Of a stretch of 64,000 bases of DNA, positions 1 to 11,599 are shown piece by piece; the stretch's first letter is position 1; every line of letters starts with the position of its first letter. Under the pieces are notes generated by a model. The model saw only the letters and a program-made list of their open reading frames with translations. It did not search any database and was not told the DNA's origin. The DNA comes from an uncultured Neomegalonema sp. (lineage in GTDB: Bacteria > Pseudomonadota > Alphaproteobacteria > Rhodobacterales > Rhodobacteraceae), in NCBI GenBank assembly GCA_938034615.1, contig CALHLW010000066.1, positions 220 through 64,219 of the forward strand, written 5' to 3'. A program made the translations under genes and the position numbers.

Positions 1-699
1 GATCTCCTCGTCCGTGAAGGAGTAGAGTTCCATGCCCTTGGTGTTGTCGAGCTGGATCATCGCGGCGACCGGCGTACCGGCGGCGTAGAAATAAGCGTCG
101 AGCTGACCGTCGGCGAGGCGCTCGGCACTCTGGGAGTTGTTGAGTTCCGCCTCATCATAGTCGTCGCGGGTGATGCCATGGGCTTCGAGGATCAGTTCCA
201 CGGCGATCTGCGTGCCGGAGCCTGCCTGCGCGATGCCGACGCGCTTGCCCTTGAGGTCTTTCAGACCGTCGAGCTTGGCACCCTTAGGCAGTACGAGATG
301 CAGGTCTTCGGGAAAAAGATTCGCGATGACACGCAGGTCGGGTTTTGCAGCGTCTTTGAACTTCTCTTCGCCGTGATAGGCAAAGTAGAGGGTCGCAGCG
401 CCCGTTAGGCCCGCTTCCATCTGACCAGCCTGAATAGCGTTAACGTTATGAGCCGAAGCGTTGGTTGATTGCGCAATGGCCACGAGGCCCGGTACGCCGC
501 AGGAACCGCCCTTGTCGCACTCGCGCGAACCCGGAGGATTGGAGATGGCGTTGGCGATTGCCCCGCCGATTGGGAAATAGGTGCCGCCCGCGCCGCCCGT
601 ACCGATGCGGAAGAACTTCATCTCCTGCGCTGTCGCCACCCCGGCGAACAGAACGGCAGCAGCGAGCGCCCCGCCCGCGATTCTCTTCATCAGTCCCAT
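1..699 (-). CDS. TRAP transporter solute receptor, TAXI family (3' end truncated by window edge)
   Basis: Own translation of the minus strand: M(GL)MKRIAGGALAAAVLFAGVATAQEMKFFRIGTGGAGGTYFPIGGAIANAIS...GKRVGIAQAGSGTQ. It has a signal peptide plus the TAXI-type GTGGxGGxYxPxG motif. Alternative ATG at 690. Not in the ORF track because it runs off the edge. Confidence 0.8.
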   Translation of the reverse strand, partial: MGLMKRIAGGALAAAVLFAGVATAQEMKFFRIGTGGAGGTYFPIGGAIANAISNPPGSRECDKGGSCGVPGLVAIAQSTNASAHNVNAIQAGQMEAGLTGAATLYFAYHGEEKFKDAAKPDLRVIANLFPEDLHLVLPKGAKLDGLKDLKGKRVGIAQAGSGTQIAVELILEAHGITRDDYDEAELNNSQSAERLADGQLDAYFYAAGTPVAAMIQLDNTKGMELYSFTDEEI

Positions 700-842
700 G
701 TCGAAAGTCTCCCCGAAATAATATTCGTTATTGCATTGCCGCATACGCAGCGAACCCGAGCAGCCTAAGGCGCACCGCCCCTGCGTCAACCGGCAATTCG
801 CAGCGCGAAAATGCTTCCCCTCCCGTGCGGGTCATGAAATAG

Positions 843-2341
<1,499 letters not shown>

Positions 2342-2342
<1 letters not shown>

Positions 2343-2767
2343 TGACACTGCCAGCAACGCTCTGCCTCCTCGCCGTCTTTGCCCAAGTCTGCCTGACCCT
2401 CTGGGCAATCGTTCGGATGGGGCTGGCGCGGGTCGCGAGCGTCAAGTCCGGTGAAGTCAGGATCGCCGAGATCGCCCTGTCGGATCGCGCGTGGCCAGAG
2501 CCGATCCAGAAACTTCAGGCGAATGTCAGGAACCAGTTCGAGACCCCTGTCCTGTTCTTTGCCGGTATCGCGATTGCCATAGGTCTTGACGCGACGAACT
2601 GGAGTGTCGCGATCTTCGCGTGGATGTATGTGGCGACCCGGATCGTGCATCACGTCATCCATGTCGGCTCGAACTCTGTCGGCAAGCGGTTCCGCGCCTA
2701 CGTGATCGGTCTCGCTGCATTGCTTGCGTTGTGGCTTGCCGTCTTGGCTGGTGCCTTCCTGTCGTGA
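2342..2767 (+). CDS. MAPEG family membrane protein
   Basis: 141 aa, 4 TM, with the NQFETPVLFF and HHVIH motifs typical of MAPEG. Its start overlaps the guaB stop (TGATG). Confidence 0.7.
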
Positions 2768-3978
2768 CCCCCGCCGCCCGCCTTGCCGCCGCTGCCGATA
2801 TTCTCAATACCCTCGACCTTTCCCGCCCGGTGAAGGCGCAACTGAAGGCATGGGGACGCGGCAATCGCTATGCAGGTTCGAAAGACCGGCGCGCGATTGC
2901 AGATCGGGTTTTCACGGCGCTCCGGTATCGGCGCAGCGCAGCATTGCGGGCGGGCGGAGAAACAGGGCGTGCGCAGGTGCTAGGCACATTGGCCGGAGTT
3001 GACGGGTTATCCCTGGACGAAATTGCCGCCTCTTGCACAGGTGGCTACGCTCTCGCCTCACTTGATGAAGCAGAGAGCGCGGCCCTCGCTCGCATACCCG
3101 ACTGGCCGAGCGAAGCCGCGCGTCTGGACTGGCCCGAATGGCTCTGGACCGAGGCACAGCAGGCATTCGAGGGTGATACCGAGCGCGAACTTGACGCCCT
3201 GCGCCAACGCGCTCCGGTCGATCTGCGGATCAACACGCTCAGGGCATCGATGGATGATGCTATTGCGGCCCTACAGCACGGCACGACGATAGCACGAGAC
3301 GATGTTGCGCCCGTGTCCGGCTTCCCTCTCGCTCTCCGACTCCCCCCCGGTTCACCGGTTCTGGCGAGCCGCGCCTGGAGCGACGGCATGGTGGAACTAC
3401 AGGATGCCGGGTCGCAGGCCGTTGCCGCGATGACAGATGCCCATCCCAACGAAACCATCCTCGATTATTGCGCGGGAGGCGGAGGCAAGACCCTCGCCCT
3501 CGGTGCAGCGATGGAAAACACCGGACGCCTGTTCGCCTTCGACGTCGAAGCGGCACGAATGACAGATCTTCCGCAGCGTGCAGAACGGGCTGGGGTTACA
3601 TGCCTGACCTTGCTGAAGCGCGACGATTTGGAAGCGCTCACCGGCACATGCGATCGCGTGCTGGTGGACGCGCCCTGTTCCGGTTCCGGGTCGTGGCGAC
3701 GTGACCCCGCCGGAAAATGGCGGCTGACACCTGCGGCACTGGAAACCTACACACGCTTGCAGGACGATGCGCTTGCTGTAGCCTCGCGGTATCTGCGCCC
3801 CGGCGGTACCTTGCTCTACGCAACGTGCTCCGTTCTGCGGATCGAAAATGAAGACCGCATCGCCACATTCCTCGACCATCACCCTGCTTTCACCCTGAAG
3901 GAGAGTTGCCGCCTTCATCCTGCCCGCGATGGGTGCGACGGGTTCTTCGCCGCCAGATTGAATTTAACGGGCTGTTAA
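2764..3978 (+). CDS. RsmB/NOP family SAM-dependent RNA (cytosine-C5) methyltransferase
   Basis: Motifs ILDYCAGGGGKT, DRVLVDAPCSGSGSWRR and LLYATCS. I place the start at GTG 2764 (GTGA overlap with the MAPEG stop). The track ORF from 2620 is an upstream extension. Confidence 0.85.
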   Translation: MTPAARLAAAADILNTLDLSRPVKAQLKAWGRGNRYAGSKDRRAIADRVFTALRYRRSAALRAGGETGRAQVLGTLAGVDGLSLDEIAASCTGGYALASLDEAESAALARIPDWPSEAARLDWPEWLWTEAQQAFEGDTERELDALRQRAPVDLRINTLRASMDDAIAALQHGTTIARDDVAPVSGFPLALRLPPGSPVLASRAWSDGMVELQDAGSQAVAAMTDAHPNETILDYCAGGGGKTLALGAAMENTGRLFAFDVEAARMTDLPQRAERAGVTCLTLLKRDDLEALTGTCDRVLVDAPCSGSGSWRRDPAGKWRLTPAALETYTRLQDDALAVASRYLRPGGTLLYATCSVLRIENEDRIATFLDHHPAFTLKESCRLHPARDGCDGFFAARLNLTGC

Positions 3979-4024
3979 GATTACTTACTTATGTGATAAT
4001 GTCTTACACCGTCGAGGATTTCAC

Positions 4025-6376
4025 ATGATCGAAATGGACGCCCTCTTAGCTGCAGGACAGGTCGCTCAGGCGTCAGGTGACATCGTCATCGATGGAATTG
4101 CTCTGGCAGCGCTTGCCTTGTTCTCGCGACCCGGTCGCGACCGACAGGCAACGGAAGTACCTGACTTCACGATTCTGGAAAACGCCCCGACAGCCTTCTT
4201 CGTGACCGATGCCCTCGGGGTCGTGATCGAGCATAACGAAGCCGCCCGCGCCCTCGCAGTCAGCCTCGGGGGCCGTCTGTCCGGCGGCACCAAGATGCGG
4301 AGCCTGCTCGGCAATGATGCTGAAGCCGATGGCGCGATCTATCGCACGATGCGTCTCGCCGGAAAGGATGGCGCAACCTTCGATATCTTCAGCGTCATGC
4401 ATACCGGTGAGCCCGCTGACGCGCAGGTCGAGATCACCCGCCAGCGCAATCCACGTTATTTCCTCTGGTCGATTACGGTTGCGCCCAAAGCGCCCGTCCC
4501 GTCGGAACCGCACGCCCTGACCTTCGACATGTCCGATGCGCCCATCGCCTATTTCAGTGCCGATGAAGAAGGCCAGATCGTTGAGATGAATGCCGTGATG
4601 CGTGAACTCGCGGGCCTGCGCGCAGAGGCACTCCCCAACGAACAGATCATGGTCGGCGACCTCTTCGGAGAAGGCAATCAGACGCTCGCCTCGGCTAAGA
4701 TGAAAGAAGGCGAGATATCCGAGAAGCGCACAGTTCTCATCGCCAAGGGCGGTGAGCGCAAATCGGTCCAGCTTATTGAGAAAGCCCGGCGCTTCGATCA
4801 CCATGACGGCGTCATGCAAGCCTTCGTCTTTCCTTCCCACATCGCCCCGATCAATGAAACCGGGGGCGAAGTCCGACGCTTGGTGCGCCTGCTCGACGAT
4901 GCGCCGGTCGCCGTTGCCGTCACCGATCTCGATGGTCTGGTGTTGGAGGCCAATGACCGCCTCGCCAGCATGTCGGGTGGTGCGGCTCGCGTGGGCGCTG
5001 AAATCACGCTTGCCGTGCGCCTCGAAGACCGTCCCGACGTCACCGAGCGCCTGCGCGCTATCGCCAATGGGGCCGCGCCGAGCAGCCCTCTCGACATCAA
5101 ATTGACGGGCGAGGCAGGCAAGGAACACGAAGCGCAGTTCCACGCCCATCGTATCGGCACGGACAAGGGCGAGATGTTGCTCACCTACGTCATGGATGTC
5201 AGCGCCGAGAAAGTCATCGAGCGCAAATTGATCCAAGCCGACAAGATGCAATCGGTCGGCCAGCTCGCCGGGGGCATCGCCCACGACGTGAACAACGTGC
5301 TGACCGCAATCCGGGGCCATTGCGACCTTCTGATGCTGCGCCACCACGAAGGCGACCCGGATTTCGACAGCCTCTATCAGATCAGGGGTCAGACCGAACG
5401 CGCCGCCTCAACGATCAGCCATCTGCTCGCCTTCTCCCGCCGCCAGACGATGCAACGGCAGGTGACGCAGCTTGCAGACACCTTGGACGAGATGCGGTTC
5501 ATGCTGAACCCGTTCATCACCGAACGCATCACCTTCCATTCACACCACGCGCGCGATCTTGGCTTGGTCCGCATCGACCGGGGCGAATTCCAGCGCGTTA
5601 TCATGAACCTCGCCGTCAATGCCTGCGATGCCATGCAGAACGGCGGTACGCTCACGATGATGACCCGAAACCTCGCACCAAAGGATGTTGCCGGATACGG
5701 CTACGACCCGATTCCCGAAGCGGACTGGGTGCTGATCGAGATCAGCGACAGCGGGACGGGCATTTCAAAGGCCGATCTCGACAGCATCTTCGAGCCGTTC
5801 TTCACGACCAAACCGACCGGCAAGGGCACGGGGCTTGGCCTCTCGACCGTCTACGGCATTATCAAGCAGATGGAAGGCTTCATCTATTGTGAGAGCGAGG
5901 TCAGCAAAGGCACGACTTTCCGCATCTTCTTGCCCCGCTATTTCGGCACCATCGAAGCCGAAGCCGACACCACCAAGAAAGACGCCATCACACCGCGCGA
6001 TCTCAGCGGGACGGGTCGTGTCTTGCTGGTCGAGGACGAGGACTCCGTCCGCAGCTTCGCAGTGCGCGCGCTGGAACTGCGCGGCTATACCGTCACCGCC
6101 GCCTCCAGCGGGCAGGAAGCCATCGAGATCGTCGAGGAGAATCCCGGTGCCATCGACCTCATTGTCTCGGATGTCGTCATGCCCGAGATGACCGGGCCGG
6201 AAATGATGCGCAAAGTGCTGAAGATGCGCCCGGAAATCCGATTCATCTTCATCTCCGGCTATGCCGAGGATGCTTTCCGGGAGGAGATGCTGGGCCATGA
6301 GAAGTTCCACTTCCTTCCAAAACCATTCTCACTCAAAGACTTGGCTGTTAAAGTGAAGAAAGTTTTTCAGGAGTAG
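4025..6376 (+). CDS. cckA: Hybrid sensor histidine kinase/response regulator, CckA-like
   Basis: 783 aa with PAS-like repeats. HisKA block [23 protein letters not shown], HATPase block [18 protein letters not shown]. The C-terminal receiver ([13 protein letters not shown]...[17 protein letters not shown]...FISGYAED...FLPKPF) closely resembles the Caulobacter CckA receiver as I remember it. GAGGA lies 6 nt upstream of the ATG. Confidence 0.7.
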   Translation: MIEMDALLAAGQVAQASGDIVIDGIALAALALFSRPGRDRQATEVPDFTILENAPTAFFVTDALGVVIEHNEAARALAVSLGGRLSGGTKMRSLLGNDAEADGAIYRTMRLAGKDGATFDIFSVMHTGEPADAQVEITRQRNPRYFLWSITVAPKAPVPSEPHALTFDMSDAPIAYFSADEEGQIVEMNAVMRELAGLRAEALPNEQIMVGDLFGEGNQTLASAKMKEGEISEKRTVLIAKGGERKSVQLIEKARRFDHHDGVMQAFVFPSHIAPINETGGEVRRLVRLLDDAPVAVAVTDLDGLVLEANDRLASMSGGAARVGAEITLAVRLEDRPDVTERLRAIANGAAPSSPLDIKLTGEAGKEHEAQFHAHRIGTDKGEMLLTYVMDVSAEKVIERKLIQADKMQSVGQLAGGIAHDVNNVLTAIRGHCDLLMLRHHEGDPDFDSLYQIRGQTERAASTISHLLAFSRRQTMQRQVTQLADTLDEMRFMLNPFITERITFHSHHARDLGLVRIDRGEFQRVIMNLAVNACDAMQNGGTLTMMTRNLAPKDVAGYGYDPIPEADWVLIEISDSGTGISKADLDSIFEPFFTTKPTGKGTGLGLSTVYGIIKQMEGFIYCESEVSKGTTFRIFLPRYFGTIEAEADTTKKDAITPRDLSGTGRVLLVEDEDSVRSFAVRALELRGYTVTAASSGQEAIEIVEENPGAIDLIVSDVVMPEMTGPEMMRKVLKMRPEIRFIFISGYAEDAFREEMLGHEKFHFLPKPFSLKDLAVKVKKVFQE

Positions 6377-6500
6377 AACAGCCCATACAGGGTTAACGGG
6401 ATTGGGTGATCGGGCTGGTCTGATATCAGCACACCCCTTCACCTTGATCACGAATGATTTTCGGTTCACGGTAACGCACCATCCCTGAACTGGACTCTGC

Positions 6501-7595
6501 ATGACCCTGGCCGACCCCAATGCCCAGCCCGCTGCCGGACCGGGCGGCCCCCGACGCATCGAGCGCGCTTTCGGATTCGTCAAGAGCGTTGCCTCTCTCC
6601 TCGTCACCCTCGCCATCACGTTTCTGGGCCTGCTCGCCATCACCTTTATCATCGGGCGCGTCGTCCCCATCGATCCGGTTCTCGCGGTCCTCGGAGAGCG
6701 GGCGACGGCGGAACAGGCAGAAGCCGCGCGCGAGGCCATGGGCCTGAACGAGCCGCTTTGGTATCAGTTCTACGTCTATGTCCTCGGTGTCGTGCAGTTC
6801 GATTTCGGCAAGTCGCTGCTGACCGCCCGCCCGGTAATCGAAGATATCGCACGCGTCTTCCCCGCCACGCTGGAGCTAGCAACCATCGCCACGATCATCG
6901 GCGTCGCCTTCGGCATCCCTGCGGGTGTCCTGGCCGCAACGAAGCCGGGAAGCTGGATTGACCATCTGGTGCGGCTGATCGGGTTGATGGGTTATTCGAT
7001 GCCGATCTTCTGGCTTGGGCTAATGGGGCTGCTGATCTTCTACGGCCATCTTGGTTGGGTCGGAGGGCCGGGGCGGCTCGATACCAGCTATGAGTTTATC
7101 TATGACTTGGATGTGCCACAGCGAACGGGCGCGATCTTGCTCGACACCGCGCTGGCGGGAGCATGGGATGTCTTCCGCAATGCCCTGACGCATATCGTGC
7201 TGCCCGCCACCGTCCTTGGCTATTATTCCATGGCCTATATCAGCCGCATGACCCGCTCCTTCATGCTCGAACAGCTTTCGCAAGAATACATAACCACGGC
7301 CCGCGTGAAGGGAATGCCCGAATGGCGCGTCGTCTGGGTCCACGCCCTGCGCAACGTCATGGTGCCGCTCATCACCGTGATCGCGCTCTCCTACGCCAAC
7401 CTGCTGGAGGGGTCGGTACTGACCGAGACGGTCTTCGCATGGCCGGGGCTGGGCCTCTACATCACTAACGCTCTCTTCTCGGCAGATATGGCGGCGGTGA
7501 TGGGTGGCACGATCATGGTCGGGCTGGTCTTCATCGTGCTGAACATGCTGTCGGATGTCCTCTACCGCTTCGTCGATCCGAGGGCGCGGACGTGA
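6501..7595 (+). CDS. ABC transporter permease (Dpp/Opp/Nik-type, DppB-like)
   Basis: 364 aa, multi-TM, BPD_transp_1-like core (EYITTARVKGMPEWRVVWVHALRN). Confidence 0.85.
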   Translation: MTLADPNAQPAAGPGGPRRIERAFGFVKSVASLLVTLAITFLGLLAITFIIGRVVPIDPVLAVLGERATAEQAEAAREAMGLNEPLWYQFYVYVLGVVQFDFGKSLLTARPVIEDIARVFPATLELATIATIIGVAFGIPAGVLAATKPGSWIDHLVRLIGLMGYSMPIFWLGLMGLLIFYGHLGWVGGPGRLDTSYEFIYDLDVPQRTGAILLDTALAGAWDVFRNALTHIVLPATVLGYYSMAYISRMTRSFMLEQLSQEYITTARVKGMPEWRVVWVHALRNVMVPLITVIALSYANLLEGSVLTETVFAWPGLGLYITNALFSADMAAVMGGTIMVGLVFIVLNMLSDVLYRFVDPRART

Positions 7596-8500
7596 AAGCC
7601 CTGCGCCGCGATTGGCTTCTCGACCAGAACCCCGCCTCGCGCAGGCAGGCTCGGCTCGGCCAGCTCTATCTCGGCTGGCTCAAGCTGATCCGCAATCCAC
7701 TGGCGATGATCGGCGTGGTCATTATCGCGCTGCTGATCCTCATGGCGGCATTTGCGCCGCTCATCGCGCCCTACGATCCGACGTTCCAGAATCTTGCGGG
7801 GCGCCTGCAACCGCCCCTCTCTGCCGGTCATCTGCTCGGCACCGACGAATTCGGGCGCGATATCTTCAGCCGCATCGTCTACGGCTCGCGCATCACGCTC
7901 TGGATCGTGCTGCTGGTGACGCTGACCGCGCCGGTCTTCGGCCTGTTGATCGGCACTGTAGCGGGGTATTTCGGCGGCTGGGTCGATACGGTGCTGATGC
8001 GCCTGACGGATATCTTTCTCGCCTTTCCACGGCTGATCCTCGCGCTGGCCTTCGTCGCCGCATTGGGGCCGGGGATCGGCAACGCAGTTCTCGCCATCGC
8101 CCTGACCGCATGGCCCCCTTATGCGAGGGTGGCACGCGCCGAAACGCTGACGGTTCGCAAATCCGACTATATCGCCGCTGTGCAGTTACAAGGGGCCGGT
8201 TCGAGCCGCATCCTGTTCTCCCATGTCGCGCCCATGTGCATCCCGTCGGTCATCATCCGCGTGACGCTCGATATGGCCGGAATCATTCTCACGGCTGCTG
8301 GCTTGGGCTTTCTCGGCCTCGGCGCCCAGCCACCTATGCCCGAATGGGGGTTGATGATCTCGTCGGGTCGCAAATTCCTGTTCGATTTCTGGTGGGTCGC
8401 GACGATGCCCGGACTGGCGATCTTCATCGTCTCGCTCGGCTTCAACCTGCTCGGCGACGGCCTGCGCGACGTGCTCGATCCAAGGAGTGCGGGAAAATGA
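7592..8500 (+). CDS. ABC transporter permease (DppC-like)
   Basis: 302 aa with LGTDEFGRDIFSRIVYG and the YIAAVQLQGAGSSRILFSHV EAA-loop region. Overlaps the upstream gene by 4 nt. Confidence 0.85.
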   Translation: MKALRRDWLLDQNPASRRQARLGQLYLGWLKLIRNPLAMIGVVIIALLILMAAFAPLIAPYDPTFQNLAGRLQPPLSAGHLLGTDEFGRDIFSRIVYGSRITLWIVLLVTLTAPVFGLLIGTVAGYFGGWVDTVLMRLTDIFLAFPRLILALAFVAALGPGIGNAVLAIALTAWPPYARVARAETLTVRKSDYIAAVQLQGAGSSRILFSHVAPMCIPSVIIRVTLDMAGIILTAAGLGFLGLGAQPPMPEWGLMISSGRKFLFDFWWVATMPGLAIFIVSLGFNLLGDGLRDVLDPRSAGK

Positions 8501-9327
8501 GCCTCCTCGAAATCGAAAACCTGCGCGTGAACTTCGACACCGAAGCCGGACCCGTCGAAGCCGTGCGCGGCATCGGCTTTGAGGTGGACCGGGAACGCGT
8601 TGCAATCGTGGGCGAATCCGGTTCCGGCAAATCCGTCACGGGCCGCTCGATCCTGCGCCTCGTAAGACCACCGGGGCGCGTGACTGCCGATACCCTGCGC
8701 TTCGACGGACAGGACCTGCTGACCCTTACTGAGCGCAAGATGCGCGCGATCCGCGGTCAGCGCATCGCCATGGTGATGCAAGATCCGAAATTCGCCCTCA
8801 ACGCGGTCATGACCATCGGCGACCAGATGACCGAAGGTCTGCGCCGCCGCGATGGTCTCAGCCGCCGAAAGGCCACCGCCAAAGCCATCGACATGCTGCG
8901 CGCCGTGCAGATCCGCGACGGCGAGCGCGTGATGCGCGCCTACCCCCACGAGATGTCGGGCGGCATGGGCCAGCGCGTGATGATCGCCATGATGCTGATC
9001 CCAGACCCTGACCTGCTGATCGCTGACGAGCCGACTTCCGCCCTCGACGTGACGGTACAGGCCGAAGTGCTGGCAATCCTCGACGATCTGGTGAAGGAGC
9101 GCGGCATGGGCCTCATCTTCATCAGCCACGACCTGCGCCTCGTCTCGCGCTTCTGCGACCGGGTTCTGGTAATGTATCTGGGGCAGATCGTCGAACGCCT
9201 CGACGCCCGTAATCTCGACGCCGCGCAGCATCCCTACACGCGCGGCCTGCTCAACTGTCTGCCCAGCATCGGCGGCGACCGGGGGCCGCTACCTGTCTTG
9301 AATCGCGAGGCGTCATGGGCAGAATAA
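8497..9327 (+). CDS. ABC transporter ATP-binding protein (DppD-like, single copy)
   Basis: MSLLEIENLRV..., Walker A GESGSGKS, signature MSGGMGQR, Walker B LLIADEPTSALD, C-terminal HPYTRGLL. ATGA overlap with the permease stop. The first 314 aa of track ORF 7555..9327 are a shadow frame. Confidence 0.88.
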   Translation: MSLLEIENLRVNFDTEAGPVEAVRGIGFEVDRERVAIVGESGSGKSVTGRSILRLVRPPGRVTADTLRFDGQDLLTLTERKMRAIRGQRIAMVMQDPKFALNAVMTIGDQMTEGLRRRDGLSRRKATAKAIDMLRAVQIRDGERVMRAYPHEMSGGMGQRVMIAMMLIPDPDLLIADEPTSALDVTVQAEVLAILDDLVKERGMGLIFISHDLRLVSRFCDRVLVMYLGQIVERLDARNLDAAQHPYTRGLLNCLPSIGGDRGPLPVLNREASWAE

Positions 9328-9376
9328 CGCAATCGGGGAATAGGAGCTTTTCGGTCGATATGGGAGCCATCGCGAT

Positions 9377-10651
9377 ATGACCGTCGTCATCATCCTGGCG
9401 TCGCTGTTCACGCTGCTCCTCGCGCGGGTTCCGGTCGCCTTTGCGTTGGGCGGGCTTGGACTTGCCCTGTTGATCCTGGGCGGGTTTTCGCCGCTCATGG
9501 CACCGCAAGCAATCCTCTCCACGCTCGACGGTTTCATTCTGCTCGCTGTGCCGCTTTTCCTGTTGATGGCGAACGTGCTGTTGAAGGGCGGCGTGGGCGG
9601 AGACCTCTTCGCCGCCGTCAATGCTTGGGTCGGGCATTGGCCGGGAGGGCTGGCCGTCGCGACCATCATCTCCTGCGCGATCTTTGCCGCGATCTCGGGC
9701 AGTTCGGTCGCCACCGCCGCCACCATCGGCACCGTCGCGATCCCCGAAATGATCGGGCGCGGCTATGACAAGAAGTTCGTCTATGGCCTGCTCGCAGCAG
9801 GGGGGACTCTCGGCATCCTGATTCCGCCCTCGATTCCGATGATCGTCTACGGTTTCATCACCGAAGAATCCGTCGGGGCGCTGTTTCTTGCCGGGGTCGG
9901 CCCCGGCTTAGCCCTCGTCGTGCTGTTCATTCTGTACTCGATGATCCATGCCCGCGCGACTGGCGTGACCACCGATATGGATGCGGCAAGCTGGCAGACG
10001 CGGCGCGATGCAAGCATCCGAGCCCTGCCCTCCATGGCATTGGCCATGCTGATCATCGGCGGCATCTACTCGGGTGCCTTCACGCCAACGGAAGCCGCCG
10101 CCATCGGATTCGCCGCCGCCCTCTTTGTAACAATCCTGATCCTTCGCAGCCTGTCTTGGCTCGGCCTGAAGGAGGCGATCTTCGAATCGATGATTACCAC
10201 CGTCGCGATCCTGCTGATCGTGGCAGGGGCAAAGATATTCGGGAAAGCAATCACGCTGTACCGCATCCCACAGGATATCTCAGCCGTGATAACCCAGACC
10301 ATCGACACGCCGCTTGCATTCCTCATCGTCGTCAGCGTCGTGCTGCTGCTGATGGGTCTCGTATTCGAGGCGCTCTCCATGGTCATCATCATGACGCCGG
10401 TGCTGTTGCCCTCGGCCATGGCGCTGGGGTTCGATCCGATCTGGTTCGGCATCTTCATGGTCATCATGGTCGAATGTGCGCTGATCACGCCGCCCGTAGG
10501 CTTGAATCTCTACGTCATTCAGGCGGTCGCACGCGCACCGATGGGGCAAGTCGCGCGGGGGGTGATCCCATTCCTGCTGCTGATGTTCACGACCGTCGCC
10601 CTCTTGTATGTGTGGCCCGATCTGGCCCTCTACATCCCCTTCAAGCTGTGA
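9377..10651 (+). CDS. TRAP transporter large permease subunit (DctM family)
   Basis: 424 aa, about 12 TM, typical DctM N-terminus (VPVAFALGG...LLAVPLFLLMANVL...GGLAVATIISCAIFAAISGSSVAT). No DctQ or DctP gene is adjacent. Confidence 0.85.
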   Translation: MTVVIILASLFTLLLARVPVAFALGGLGLALLILGGFSPLMAPQAILSTLDGFILLAVPLFLLMANVLLKGGVGGDLFAAVNAWVGHWPGGLAVATIISCAIFAAISGSSVATAATIGTVAIPEMIGRGYDKKFVYGLLAAGGTLGILIPPSIPMIVYGFITEESVGALFLAGVGPGLALVVLFILYSMIHARATGVTTDMDAASWQTRRDASIRALPSMALAMLIIGGIYSGAFTPTEAAAIGFAAALFVTILILRSLSWLGLKEAIFESMITTVAILLIVAGAKIFGKAITLYRIPQDISAVITQTIDTPLAFLIVVSVVLLLMGLVFEALSMVIIMTPVLLPSAMALGFDPIWFGIFMVIMVECALITPPVGLNLYVIQAVARAPMGQVARGVIPFLLLMFTTVALLYVWPDLALYIPFKL

Positions 10652-10656
10652 GAACC

Positions 10657-11520
10657 ATGAGCCAACCCGATAAACTCCGCGCGCTACTTGCCGACGAAAA
10701 GCTCCATGTCATGCCCTGCTGCTTCGATGCGCTGTCAGCGAAGATGATCGAACAGGCGGGGTTCGGATTGACGTTCATGTCGGGCTTTGCCACCTCAGCC
10801 TCGCGGATCGGCGAGCCCGATCTGGGGTTGATGGCCTATTCCGAGGTCGTGGATTCTGCACGTAATATCTGTGACGCGGTGTTACTGCCAGTGATTGGCG
10901 ACGGGGATACCGGCTATGGCAACGCGATGAACGTGCGGCGAACCGTGCGCGGGTTTGCGCGCGCAGGCTGTGCCGCCGTGATGATCGAGGACCAGCTTGC
11001 CCCCAAACGCTGCGGTCATACCCCCGGAAAGGATGTCGTGGGTCGCGACGAAGCCTTCGACCGGGTCAAGGCCGCTGTCGATGCCCGGCAGGACGACGAT
11101 ATCCTCATTCTTGCCCGCACCGATGCCCGCCATACTCAAGGGTTGAACGAAGCCATCGAACGGGCCGAGAAATTCCACGAACTCGGTGCGGATATCCTGT
11201 TCGTTGAGGCCCCGAAGACGGTGGAAGAAATGCGGCAGGTCTGCTCTGATCTGCCAGGACCGAAGATGGCCAATATCGTGGAAGGAGGCGAGACGCCTGA
11301 TCTCTCCCATGCCGACTTGCAAGATATCGGTTACGCCATTGCCGCCTATCCCCTGACCATCATGTCCGCCGCGATGCGGGCGATGGCCGAAACCCTGGAG
11401 GCATTGGCTCAAGATACACCACGCGCACCCATGTTGATGGATTTTGTGGAGCTGCGTCAGCGGATCGGCTTCGACGACTATTACGAGGCATCCTCGGTCT
11501 ATCGCTCATCCGCACGCTGA
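10657..11520 (+). CDS. Isocitrate lyase/PEP mutase family enzyme (oxaloacetate decarboxylase / methylisocitrate lyase-like)
   Basis: MSQPDKLRALL...MPCCFDALSAKMIEQAGF...VIGDGDTGYGNAMNV...AVMIEDQLAPKRCGH...ILARTDA. ATG at 10657, 6 nt after the DctM stop. Confidence 0.8.
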   Translation: MSQPDKLRALLADEKLHVMPCCFDALSAKMIEQAGFGLTFMSGFATSASRIGEPDLGLMAYSEVVDSARNICDAVLLPVIGDGDTGYGNAMNVRRTVRGFARAGCAAVMIEDQLAPKRCGHTPGKDVVGRDEAFDRVKAAVDARQDDDILILARTDARHTQGLNEAIERAEKFHELGADILFVEAPKTVEEMRQVCSDLPGPKMANIVEGGETPDLSHADLQDIGYAIAAYPLTIMSAAMRAMAETLEALAQDTPRAPMLMDFVELRQRIGFDDYYEASSVYRSSAR

Positions 11521-11599
11521 ACCGTGATGAGGCGTTCATATCTTTGCCACTCTTGTCGGCTGTAGGATAAACCACGACACCCGCGACAGGAGATCGTCC

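Noticed and set aside
3979-4024. CtrA boxes (TTAA-N7-TTAA) upstream of cckA and in the AT-rich spacers (also 54935-54960)
   Set aside because: Upstream of cckA there is only TTAA-N7-TACT. At 54935-54960 the three TTAA motifs are spaced by 10 and 4 nt, not 7. The 6-2-6 repeat GTTAATcaATTAAC at 54948-54961 is noted but too AT-simple to interpret.
4073-5347. Long antisense ORFs opposite real genes (for example 4073..5347, 8167..9231, 29090..30121, 36566..37804, 53544..54956, 62754..63656)
   Set aside because: Their translations are low-complexity and rich in Arg, Gly, Pro, His and Asp, with no recognisable motifs. This is typical of stop-codon-poor shadow frames in high-GC DNA. The opposite strand encodes clearly identifiable proteins.
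7555-9327. 590-aa ORF suggesting a permease-ATPase fusion; ORFs 10156..11520, 2620..3978 and 24110..25354 show similar long N-terminal extensions
   Set aside because: The upstream parts are out-of-frame shadows of the preceding genes. Recognisable protein sequence, a ribosome-binding site or a start/stop overlap begins at the internal starts I report.
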